From: Gracilinanus agilis
Lineage: Eukaryota
NCBI RefSeq assembly: GCF_016433145.1
Contig: NC_058133.1
Location: 327,845,335 to 327,909,334, forward strand
DNA: 64,000 bases
Direction of reading: 5' to 3'
Positions within the stretch are counted from its first letter, which is position 1. Every line of letters starts with the position of its first letter. The notes under the pieces were generated by a model that had not been told where the DNA came from, did no database searches, and saw only the letters and a list, made by a program, of their open reading frames with translations. Shown here one piece after another: positions 23,218 through 34,444 of this stretch. The position numbers were made by a program, and so were the translations under genes.

Positions 23218-23934
23218 GACTTCTCTCGATTGCTTAGGTGGAGGCCCCTGTAAACAGAAAAAATATAATCGAGGAGCAATGAATATATTTTTTAGTTTAT
23301 ATTTTTCAAAAAAGGGAAAAACACTGGCTTTAGCTGAAGGTTGGCTTACAATGAAGTTTCAGATTTTGCTTGCTGAATATTGAGGAATGGAAGCTTGATT
23401 GGTATAAATCATTCATTCAGTATTTCAGTATTTATTGAGTACCTATTATGTGCCATGAACAGTGCTTGGTATTGGTGATACAAGTACAAAGAATGTAACA
23501 TTGATGTTCATAAGAAATATTCTGTTATGAAGAAACTGTTCATAAGAAAAATTCTGATGGGGAAGACATTCGTGTATATATATTTGTATATATATATATA
23601 TGTATTTATATACATATATATATATACAAATACACACACATATGCAACATGAATATAAAATAAATAAGCACGCAAAATTATTCAGCTATTTGCCATCAGT
23701 GAGCATACACTAGAAAATAAGAACAAAAGACATTTTAAAATAATTCCTCCTCAGCACTAGTCCACTGCAGTTTGGTCCTAAATGATGGGTCTAGCTGTTT
23801 CTTGAATAGCCACATTGTTTTATGTTCTGTAAAATTTCTCAATGAATCTATGTGTCATAACTCAGTAAAAGCAGAACCAAAGAAAAAAGGGAAAATCTCA
23901 TTACATATAGTCCATTACAAATCTGGTCCTCTTT

Positions 23935-23939
<5 letters not shown>

Positions 23940-24000
<61 letters not shown>
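23940..24000. repeat. (TC)n microsatellite
   Basis: About 30 pure tc units. Confidence 0.97.
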
Positions 24001-24003
<3 letters not shown>

Positions 24004-24148
24004 TATACCTTCCATCTTAGGATTACTACTGTGTATTGATTCAACGAAGGATAAATAATTTGCCCAGAGTCATACAACTAGGAAGTGTCTGAGGTCACAT
24101 TTGAACTCAGGAACTCCTATCTCTAGACCTGGCTCTCAAGCCATTGAG

Positions 24149-24192
<44 letters not shown>

Positions 24193-24564
24193 ATTTTATA
24201 CATACATATGAGTATGTATAAAATCAAAATCTCTCTATTTCTCTTCATCACACGATGGGAAATTAAGTGATCAACCTCAAAATCTCTGTCATTTGCACTT
24301 CCTTCCTGCCCCTAATCAAGCCTCTTCTCTACCCAGCTAGTTAGCAAGTCCTAGAGATTTGTTACCGCCTTTCCCATCCCCCCAACCATCCTAATTTAGG
24401 TTCTCCCTAGTTTTTGCCTGAAGTATGGCAATAGAATTTTATATAGTCTATTTCCTCCCTTCTACAATTTGGACTCTAAGCCATTGTTAGATTAGCCTGT
24501 CTAAATTGCAGCATAGATCACGTTACCATTCTGTTCACAAAATTGAAATAATTCTTTAGGGTTT

Positions 24565-24800
24565 CTGAGTCCTTTCAGTCATGTCTGACTCTTCATGACC
24601 CTATTTGGGGTTTTCTTGGCAAGATTCTAGAATGATTTGCCATTTCCTTCTCTAGCTCATTTTATAGATGAAGAAACTAAGGCAAACAGGCTTAAATGAC
24701 TAGTCCAGGGTCATACAACTACTAAGCGTCTGAGACCAAATTTGAACTCAGGTCTTCCTGACTCCAGGCCCAGCATTCTCTCCACTGCACTACCTAGATG
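24565..24800 (-). mobile_element. MAR1-type CORE-SINE
   Basis: tcagtcatgtctgactcttcatgaccctatttggggttttcttggcaag...tttgaactcaggtcttcctgactcc. Confidence 0.88.
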
Positions 24801-25009
24801 TCCGTGTCCTTACTATGTATAGAATGAAATATGGACTCCTTACCTTCTCCAAGACTGTACTCCTGACTGTCCCAAACTTTCTCTAAAATTCCCCAGAAAC
24901 CTCTTTCCTGGAGAAGTTCATCCTTCCCCTGAACTTTTCACATTGAAAGACCTTCTGCTCCATGGTTTCTCCCTCTGATTGGTTAGCTCTTTCCAGAACC
25001 ACCATTTTA

Positions 25010-25087
25010 TTTTACTTTTTTTCAGGTTTCTTTAATTTTTATTTTGAATATTTTCCCATAGTTACATGTTTCATGTTCTTTCCCTCT
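25010..25087 (-). mobile_element. Severely 5'-truncated L1 (78 bp)
   Basis: L1 3' terminal motif ttgaatattttcccatagttacatg; 16-bp TSD cagaaccaccatttta at 24994-25009 and 25088-25103. Confidence 0.88.
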
Positions 25088-25797
25088 CAGAACCACCATT
25101 TTAAAGGGGATACCCAGACCAGGCATGTTTTCATTCCTTCCCAAGGATGCATTTTTTACTTTTATCAGACTTTAACTACAGTGTCCTATGCCTAGGAACC
25201 TTCTCTCCTTTCCTGCCCCCATGTTCTTCAGCTCCCTTTTATGTGTTTTCTCATCTTGTTAGAATATAAGCTTCTTGAGAGCTGTCTTTATTTCTATTGG
25301 ATTTGTATGTTCAACCCTTATATTTAATAAATGCTTATTGACTTGATCCCAGTTTTCAAGACTTTCCACAATGTGGTCCTGATCTCTTGCATTCTCATAT
25401 CCTATCACTACCATGTTCCAAATAAACTATTCGCTGTTTATTAAATGCCATCTAGCTGTCCCATTTCCATACCTTTGTCCTCTCCCCAGAATGGCTCCCT
25501 TCTACTAACCCCCACTTTCTAATCATCATCTATTTGAAAAGAAATTGTGCTCATCCTACAAAGTCTAGCTTAACTGTTAGTACCTTCCCTGTTGCTCCAA
25601 GAAGTGATTTCCTTCTCTGACTTCTCATGGCAGCATTTTTATTTTGTAAACTTCTTTAATTTGTAATCTATCATTCAGTTCTCCATGCTTTGTAAAGCAT
25701 TTCATTATTGGTGATGCTAACACTTTGGCTCATGACCTGCAATGCAACACAGTACAGAGATGTGGTAGAAGAGGCATGTGGGACTAAATTTGTTTGA

Positions 25798-26030
25798 GGG
25801 CAGCTAGCTGGATTGGCGGATTGAGGAGTAAAACTGGGGTCAAGAGAACCTGAGTTCAAAACCAAATTCAGATATTTACTAGCTGTGTGATCATGGGCCA
25901 GTCACTTAACCCTGTATGACTCAGTTTCTTTATCTGTAAAATGAGCTAGAGAGGGAAATGACAAACCACTCCAGTATCTTTGCCAAGAAAATCCCAAATA
26001 GGGTCATGGAAAGTTGGACATGACTGAATG
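25798..26030 (+). mobile_element. MAR1-type CORE-SINE
   Basis: gggcagctagctgg head; ccactccagtatctttgccaagaaaatcccaaatagggtc tail. Confidence 0.85.
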
Positions 26031-27489
26031 ATTATAACCTAAACATTTACTAATTGACTCCACGACACCAGATATTTACTTTCTTTCTTTTCTCTTTCCA
26101 CTTCCAAACTAGATTTTAACTACTTGGCCACAGTTTTACTATCTTTATATCCTTCCATGCCTTGCACATAGTAGGAGCGCAAAAGATATTAAACAGTAAT
26201 GATTTTAATTCTAAAGAGAGCCTCTGGTCTACTATTAGAATTTCAGGTCTAAAATACTCTATTTTGGCTAACATGTGAAATGGTGAGACCTCTGAACCCC
26301 ATCCCCCAGTCCCATACACACACCATTCCCATCCTGAAAAAGGCATAAACGAATCTCCAAACTGATGGTGAGTCATTATTGCAAAATGGAAATGGAAATC
26401 ACTTCTGTGGAATCAGACAATCCCAAAGCAAAAGGAGAATGTCGAGCAGTGCCTCAGATGTCAATCATAGCAATGTTAACAAGTTTCTGCTATTTTTAAT
26501 ATCCTTATTCCCCAGTTAAATATAAGGCCAAGAATTCTTTTTTATGATTAAGTTTTTATAATTCAAAACATTCATTCCCGCAAATATGCTGTTACAGGCC
26601 TTGCTCTGATAATGAAACTAAGTGAACATAATAAATTATGGATTTAAATAATTATTATAAGATGACTACCAAAAATGGCCTTAATCAAGACTTATAGGTA
26701 CACTTTTCACTCTATTTAAATGACTATAAATTTGATAGGCAACATAGTATAGTAGACAGATTTGCAGGCATATCTCAGCTCATTATATGACCATGGTCAA
26801 GTCACAGACTATTTAAGCCTCAGTTTCCTCAACTGTAAAATGAGTATATCAGTACTTGCAGTACCAACCCTATTTTATAAGCTTATTGTGAGTCTCAAAT
26901 GAGATCGATGAAAATAAAATGCTTTGGAAATTTTAAAGTCTTATAAATGTCAGTTGCTATCATATAATATTTTTAATTGCCAACTAGTTTAAAAAAGATA
27001 TAAATAAGTTGTAGTCAATATGTTAATATAGAGGTATGCATTCATATATCTATATAAATATTATGTGTTTTATGTATTATTTAAACTAATTTTCATTCAA
27101 TCCTTAATTTCCATACCCAGAAGACAAAATAAACACAGACTCATTTAGAAATTATTAGGAACATATATTGTTTTTTGTCTTTTATACTGTACTTTATTGT
27201 ATGCTAAAATTATTATGCACACGTATATCATTGTCCTCCCTACTCATGTAAACTGCTGTTAAGGTTATTCCTATCAGTGACAGTTGGATTGCACGGTATG
27301 ATGAGGGATGTGTGAACCTTCCACAGGGGATGAATTTGTAACCTATCCATCCAATCCTCCATGCTTTGCAAAGTGTTTCATTATCGGTGATACTAACACT
27401 TTGACTCATGGCCTGGGATGCAATTCAGTGCAGTGGTGTGATAGGAGAGGCATCTGTTTTATGTATGGTGGGATGGTCTTCCCACATCA

Positions 27490-27725
27490 GGGCAGCTGGG
27501 TGACTCAGTGAGTAGGTGCTGGGCTTGGAGTCAATAAACCCAAGTTCAAATCCTGCTTCAGACATTTAGAAACTATGCCACTCTGGCCAAAGCACTTTGC
27601 TTTTCTGTGCCTCAGCTTCCTCATCTATAAAATGGGGTTGTTAATAGTATCTACTTCACAGGGTTGTTGTGAGAATAATACCAAATGGAATAACATGGAG
27701 TTCTTTGAAAACCCAAGAGAACTAT
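27490..27725 (+). mobile_element. MIR SINE
   Basis: gggcagctgggtgactcagtg...cctcagcttcctcatctataaaatgggg...cacagggttgttgtgaga. Confidence 0.8.
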
Positions 27726-28032
27726 ATAAATTCTGTTGTTGTTATTGTTGTCTAGTTGTTCAGTTGTGTCCAACTCTTTTCTTTTAAACCTTTACCTTCC
27801 GTCTTGGAATCAATACTGTGCACTGGTTCCAAGGTAGAAGAGTGGTAAGGGCTAGGCAATGGGGGTTAAGTGACTTGCCCAGGGTCACGCAGCTACAATG
27901 TGTTTGAGGTCAGATTTGAACCCAGGACCTCCTGTCTCTGAGCCTGGCTGTCAATCCACTGAGCTACTCAGTGGCCCCCTGTGTCCAACTCTTTGTGACT
28001 CCATGGACCATATCTATCCATGAAGTCTTCTT

Positions 28033-28914
28033 TTTTTTTTTACTTTAAATTTTTTTTATTTTGAATATTTTCCTATACTTCCATGTTCCATGTTCTTTCC
28101 CTATCTCCCAAACCTCCCCACTCTCATAGCCAATGCACAATTCCACTGGATTTTACATGTATCATTGATCCAGACTTAATTGCATATTATTGATAGTTGG
28201 ACTAGAGTTATCATTTAGCATCTATGTCCCCAATAACATCTGCGTCAGCCCATGTGTTCAAATAGCTGTTTTTCTTCTGTGTTTTTCTTCCCACAGTTCT
28301 TTCTCCAAATGTGGCTAGTTTTCCTTCTCATACCCTCAGCCTTACTCTGGATCCTTGCATTACTGCTAGTACAGAAGTCCATTACATTCGATTGTATCAC
28401 AGTGTATCAGTCTCTGTGTATAAGGTTCTCCTGGATCTGCTCCTTTCACTCTGCATCAATTCCTGGAAGTCATTCCAGTTCACATGGAATTCCTCCAGTT
28501 CTTTTTTTAAAAAATATTTTGTTTCTTAGAAAAATTTTCCATGGTTACATGAATCATGTTTTCACTTTCCCCTTCACCCCCCCTTCACCCCCCCACAGCT
28601 GATACGCCTTTCTGCTGGTTTTAACATGTCATCAATCAAGACTTATTTACATATTATTGATAGTTGCATTGGTGTGTTCATTTTGCATCTACATCCCCAN
28701 NNNNNNNNNNNNNNNNNNNNNNNNNNNNNNNNNNNNNNNNNNNNNNNNNNNNNNNNNNNNNNNNNNNNNNNNNNNNNNNNNNNNNNNNNNNNNNNNNNNN
28801 NNNNNNNNNNNNNNNNNNNNNNNNNNNNNNNNNNNNNNNNNNNNNNNNNNNNNNNNNNNNNNNNNNACCACAATTTGTTCAGCCATTCCCCAATTGAAGA
28901 ACATTCACTCATTT
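28033..28914 (-). mobile_element. L1 3' fragment with a second L1 3' end nested inside
   Basis: 14-bp TSD catgaagtcttctt at 28019-28032 and 28915-28928; second T-tail and ttttccatggttacatg at about 28500-28560. Confidence 0.88.
28700..28866. other. Assembly gap (N run)
   Basis: 167 consecutive N. Confidence 0.99.
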
Positions 28915-29299
28915 CATGAAGTCTTCTTAGAAAGGATACTGGAGTGGCTTGCCATTTCCTTCTCCAGGGGATCTTTTTGCCAAGAAATCAGAGATTAAGG
29001 GACTTCCCCAGGTTCACATAGCTAGAAAGTGTCTGGGGCTGGATTTTAAACTCAATTCTTTCTGTCTCCAAGCCCAGTGTTCTATCCACTGAGCCATTTA
29101 GCTGCCTCCTAAGCATTCAGAAGTTAAGTTATTTGCCCTACGGTCACAGAGCTAGGAAGTATTTGAGACTGGATTTGAACTCAGATCTTCCCAGTATTCT
29201 TAACCATTGAGCCACAGATGCCTCTATATAAATGCTGTTTATTTTGTTCATTATTGTTATTATTATATTATTTATTTATACATTATCTATAATAGTTGT

Positions 29300-29303
29300 T
29301 TGA

Positions 29304-29340
<37 letters not shown>
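29300..29340. repeat. (TAT)n microsatellite
   Basis: Pure tat run, the source of the poly-Tyr ORF in the track. Confidence 0.95.
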
Positions 29341-29341
<1 letters not shown>

Positions 29342-29689
29342 CTTTGAGTTTTCTCCCAAACCCAACTAAACAAATGGCAATAAGTGATCCCTTGTCAGTC
29401 GAGGGGGAGTTTATTAAGCCTTTATTATGCAAGATTCTGTGCCAAGCACTGGGGAAATGGAGACAGACAATAACCATCTTTGCCCTGACATGCTGGACTG
29501 GCTTCTTTAAGGATCATAGGAGCATTGATTTAATGTGTAAAGGACTTTAAAGTTCATAGAGTCCAACTTCTTTATTCTACTGATGAAAAAACCAAGGCAC
29601 AGATAGGCTAAGTGTTTTGCTCAGAGTAAGGAAGCTATTAAGTATCCGAGGCAGGATTTGAACTTAGGTCTCCACCATACCACCCAGGT

Positions 29690-30075
29690 AACTTCTCAGA
29701 TTTTCTGACCCTTTGGACTTCTGCTCCCTGCATCAGGTAGCAACACGAGGGCAAGTTAAATCATCATCAAAAATTATGATTGCTTTTCTTGGTTTAGAGA
29801 TCTCATAATCAGAGCTTCTCCCACAACTGTAGAAATCCTTCCATTTGATGTAGGTATATTTCACTAGACTGAGTGGGTCACTGACTACATCATTAAAGAG
29901 TCCATCATCACTGACCACTTCCAATTCTTTTTGACTATCCATGTCACCAACTCGGCTTGTGATATTCTATAGTCAGTCTTCTCCAGTTTCTCTTCAGTGG
30001 GTTCCTCCACTACAGCCTCTTCTAGCCTTAGGTTCCATCACTGCTCTTGGGCTGGTAGCAGGGGGAATGGGAAGG
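29690..30075 (-). pseudogene. Candidate decayed coding fragment (possible processed pseudogene), parent unknown
   Basis: About 110 codons joined by one frameshift and one internal stop: LEEAVVEEPTEEKLEKTDYR/ITSRVGDMDSQKELEVVSDDGLFNDVVSD...KPRKAIIIFDDDLTCPRVAT*CREQKSKGSENL. No poly(A) or TSD found. Confidence 0.35.
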
Positions 30076-30520
30076 AAGCCAAAGCTGAGAGGACAAGGGA
30101 AAGGTGTGAAGACAGCTTAGAGGAGAGCTCATGAGGATTTGTGAAAAGAGGAATGCAAGGGAGACCTGAGATATCCATTTCTTATGTTGTCATGAAGATG
30201 GTGTTGAACTCAGGGTGATATTACAAGGTGTATGGCACTTGTCACTTTACAATAAAGCATAATAAAGTTGTTATTCCTATGGTTATGTCAATATGATGCA
30301 CCAGGTAGCCCAGAACTACCAGGTCTTTTTATTAATATACTGGCTGGGAAGAACCCAGATGAATTCTGGATGTAACTCACAGTAATTGGTCCTTCCACTC
30401 TCTAAACTCTAAATAAATAACTTAATGAAACTTCCTTCCTCACAGTTTAAAAAGAAAGTTCAGAGGCTTATTAGATTTTTTTCAGCTTTGAAAGAGCTCA
30501 TATTCCTCATCTAGGAATTT

Positions 30521-30798
30521 TATTTTTTTCACAGTTAGTTTTTTATTGATTAAGAAAATTTTCCATGGTTACATGATTCATGTTCTTTCTCTCCCCTCCT
30601 TCCATCCCACTCCCATAGGCAACACGCAATTCCACTGGGTTTTACATGTGTCATTGATCAAGACCTATTTCCATATTATTGATATTTGTACTAGGGTGAT
30701 CATTTAGATTCTGCATCCCCAATCATATCCCCATAGACCCATGTGATCAAGCAGTTGTTTTTCTTCTGTGTTTCTGCTCCCATTGTTCTTTCTCTGGA
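30521..30798 (-). mobile_element. 5'-truncated L1
   Basis: Marsupial L1 3'UTR; 14-bp TSD tcatctaggaattt at 30507-30520 and 30799-30812. Confidence 0.92.
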
Positions 30799-33019
30799 TC
30801 ATCTAGGAATTTAAAAAACCTAGTTGACTGAAGCACTTACAAATCTAGTTGAAGGGACATTAAAGTTAATCTAGACTAATGCCTCCATTTTATGGATGAA
30901 GAAACTGAGACCCAGACAGCTTGTAACTATCCCAGTCAAAAAACTTGGCAAGTATCAGAGGCAAGATTTGAACGTGGGTCTGGCAGACTACAACTCTGAT
31001 TTCCAGTAACTGTTATATTACCTCAGTTTTGTTATTGTTGCTCATTTGGAATGAGAAGGACAATCTGGATTTCAGGATGCTATTGGCAGGAGACTTTGGT
31101 AATGTTTTAGTAGACCAAAGAGCCTAGGAACTTCCAGAAATAAAAAAGAGAACCCATTTTTTTACTTAGGATAAAACATTCAGTTTAGAACTATTAAGTG
31201 GATTTTACTGTGTCAGCTCGTTCTGATCTGTTCAGTCACTTTTCAGTCATGTCCAACTCTTCATGACTCCATTTGGAGTTTTCTTGGCAAAGATACTGGA
31301 GTGGTTTGCCATTTCCTTCTCCAGCTCATTTTTAGATTTGAACTCAAGAAGGTGAGTCTTCCTGGCACTAGGTTCAGCACTAAAGGAGACCTGATTTCAA
31401 ATCTGGCCTCGGATAATAGTTGTGTAATCTTGGGCAAGTCACTTAACCTCTGTCTGTTTCAGTTTCCTCAACTGTAAAGAGGGGATAAAAGTAGCACTTT
31501 GTCCCAGAGTTGTTGAGAAGATCAAATGGATAATATTTGTAAAACGCTTAGCATGGTGCCTAGCACATAGTCAGTTCTTAATGCAAATAAAGTCCTCCTC
31601 CTCCTCCTGGTTTCCAATTCATTAGGCTACAAGAACAAAATATAGGTCCCTGGATTCTCTACAAACTTGAATTGCTATGAAAATCTAAGAAAAAAGACAA
31701 TAGGACAAGTACATTAAGTTTCCTCATTTACTGCCTAACAAACTTCCTTTAGTGACTGTTCTTTTAAATAGTATGCAGATTTCTCTTGGACCATTAAGAC
31801 AGACCATAGTTCTGTGTTGATTTGTGCAACAGTTGTAACTTCAATGAAAGTTTTTCAGAAGGAAATCTACTTTTCAAAATAAGCCACAGAACTTTATTTT
31901 GCTTTCTTTTCCTGAAAACAATATGGTTCTTATGTTGTTTTTTTTAATCACACGAACTGTGGCTTTTGGAGTATGTCTGGCTCTGACTATACTCTCTTAT
32001 TTCACATATTAATATCAAGGAATTCATTTAACTCTCACATCCCTGTTTCTTAGCCTGTAAAATGTGCCTAGCATGACTTGCCTGCCACTTCCCTTTAGAA
32101 TCTGGTTCCAACTTATCTTTCCTGCCTTAGATCATTTTATATTCTAGCCAAATTGACATCCTCATGGTTCTCATATTTCTGCTCTGCTCCCTCTCACTTC
32201 CATGACTTTGTTCATGTCTTAGTTCCTTGCCTTGAATGGCACTACCCTGCTCCTTTTCTTCATTTCCCTATTTTTGAAATTAAATTCTACATTTCTTAAG
32301 AATCTAAAATGCTAGATACTGGGGCAAGTACAAAGATGGTAATTAAATAGTTCTTCCTTTGAAGGAATTTACCTGAAGCTGGTTGAGGAGGAGGCACATG
32401 ACACATATTTGGTTAAGTATAATCCACATTTGTGATGGGGGCAAAAGAGAAGTGTAGACAAAGTGCCCTAGAAACACTTGAAGAAGAAGTGAATGTCTTT
32501 GGCTTAGGCTGGATGGGTGAGGTCAAGGAGAGAACAGGAGAGGTCACATACAAGAGATAGCCATCAAGTCCAGGTTTAAAGAATAATGATTCGGAAAACT
32601 AGGGAAGAGGAAGGAATGGCTTATGAAAGACTACATTTAGGTAGAGGAAATATGGTATATCGCAATGAGTAATTGAGTATCATCATTATCATCATCTTCA
32701 TCATCATTCTCAATCTAAAGCTGAAAGAGACCTCAGAGTCCATTCAGTTTAACTTCCACATCTTACCGAGAAGGAAATGGAAGTCCATGGAAGCCAAGTG
32801 GCTCACCACATGTGACAATAGATATTGTGTCAAAAGCAGGATTTAAAGCCACATTCTTTGACTCCAGAGCCAGTACTCATTTCACTGTATCCCCATTCCT
32901 CCCTTAAAAAACTAGGACTTCAATTTTCTTAAGAACAAGGAGAATGAGAAAAAAACATATTGCGAAATAAGATTGCAAAGATAGGCAGCAGAAAAACTAT
33001 GGAGGGCTTTAAATAGTAT

Positions 33020-34440
33020 TGAAATCCTTCCCTTCCTCAAAGACTCAGCTCAGGTATTACTTCCTCCATTAAGCATTCCCTGAAGGCTCCAACTGGAAGT
33101 TATCTCTCTCCCTTCTTGAATCTCTCAAGGTACTTTACTTTTTAACTTCTCTTACATGCTTAAAATTTCTTAATTTTTATTATGGCAATTTGTATCCCTA
33201 ACATTTGCTACTAAAGGGTAAACTCTTACAAAAATTATTACATATGCACAATTATTTGGGTCCTTTGTGTTTTGATTACTATGGTGATTTTCTTTAACAA
33301 TTCATATTTTATTGAATGTTCAAATGCACTAAAATGTTCCATTTTCTGTTAATTTGCCAGTATAAAAGATAGCACCACACTTCTTTATACTATCAGGGGA
33401 ATTAATTTTCAAACCTATCTTTTAGTATTTTTAACATTTCAATTTCAACCAGCCATTTACATCATTAAGATTTTGGTTTTGCACATAGAAATATTAAAAT
33501 TTAAATATGAACTAATTATTTTCCTTAATCTACTTTTTCCTTTGAGTTGGTAGGTTTGGGAGGAGATAATGAGAAGTTAAAAAAAGTGAGTTAGAAAAAG
33601 GCTTGTTTAGTACTTAAAGCTTTTCTGATGATCTGAAAATGACAGTACATTGGATTTGGAATTGTGGTTTACTTACAATTCTAGTTCTGGTATAGACATG
33701 TTTATGTATTAAATATTGTAGACTCATGTAGATTGTTGTTTATTTGTAATTTGACAATGAACTCTCCTTGAGTTTTGCCACTTTCTAAATTGAAGTTTCT
33801 GGATATATTGTTCTCATTTCCTGCTAGATATCAAATTAATGATGCTAGGATTTCATTCTTGATTGAAAGTGATGACTCTCATGATATAGGACTCTGATTA
33901 TGGAGTTATCTATATGTAATGGTTTGTAATTGAGTCTAAGTATTTTTCCAACATGCTAATTTACTGTGTGCTGTTTGATTGAGTTTGTTGCTTTTTTTTC
34001 TGAAAAGGAATATGTTTCAAAGTATTCAGTAAAAACTTGACTAATGTACCACCATTACCCTCACCTCAAAATCTGTCCAGAAATTTATCATAAAATGAAT
34101 TTGTAATATGTTAAAATATTGTATTGCTTTCTATTTTCTTTTTAGTCTTATAACTGCCAAACTATTTTGGTATTATTAAGGATATGTGTTTATATACATA
34201 TGAAAACCAAAATAAGACTTAGTCACTCTATATTTTCCCACTGAATATATAATGTTTTCAAGACAGCAAAAAGTAAACAAATTGTGAAACAAATTGTAAA
34301 TAAAGACTTGCATAAAAATAATATGTAATAATAAAAATAATAAATTGTAAGCTCCTTGAGGACAAGGATTGTGCCTTCTCTAATCTTTGCAACATCAGCA
34401 CTTAACTGTATGCAATATACAATTGCTTAATAAAATGCCT
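33020..34440 (+). mobile_element. L2 3' end split by an ~1.1-kb insertion
   Basis: aaagactcagctcaggtattacttcctcc (33040s) continues at taaattgtaagctccttgaggacaagg...cttaataaaatgcctattgaa (34341 onward). Confidence 0.75.
33228..34340 (+). pseudogene. Retrocopy of an mRNA 3'UTR-like sequence, parent unknown
   Basis: AU-rich non-repeat sequence; AATAAA at 34299-34304; decayed A-tail from about 34314; decayed 16-bp TSD taaagggtaaactctt / taaattgtaagctcct (12/16 match). Confidence 0.6.
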
Positions 34441-34444
34441 ATTG

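Larger units (their letters stand above)
27740..29110 (-). mobile_element. MAR1-type SINE split by a SINE1 (27780-27979) and an L1 block
   Basis: MAR1 halves are colinear across the insertions; SINE1 TSD tgtgtccaactcttt at 27765-27779 and 27980-27994. Confidence 0.8.

Noticed and set aside
27370-27450. FIIGDTN read as the LINE endonuclease IIGDFN motif
   Set aside because: The conserved F and the upstream motifs are missing and the opposite strand reads at least as well; left unassigned.
29860-29900. FNDVVSD resembling a bornavirus L segment (FNDIVSD, recalled from memory)
   Set aside because: Only 7 residues match and the flanks do not align; not enough to call an endogenous bornavirus element.
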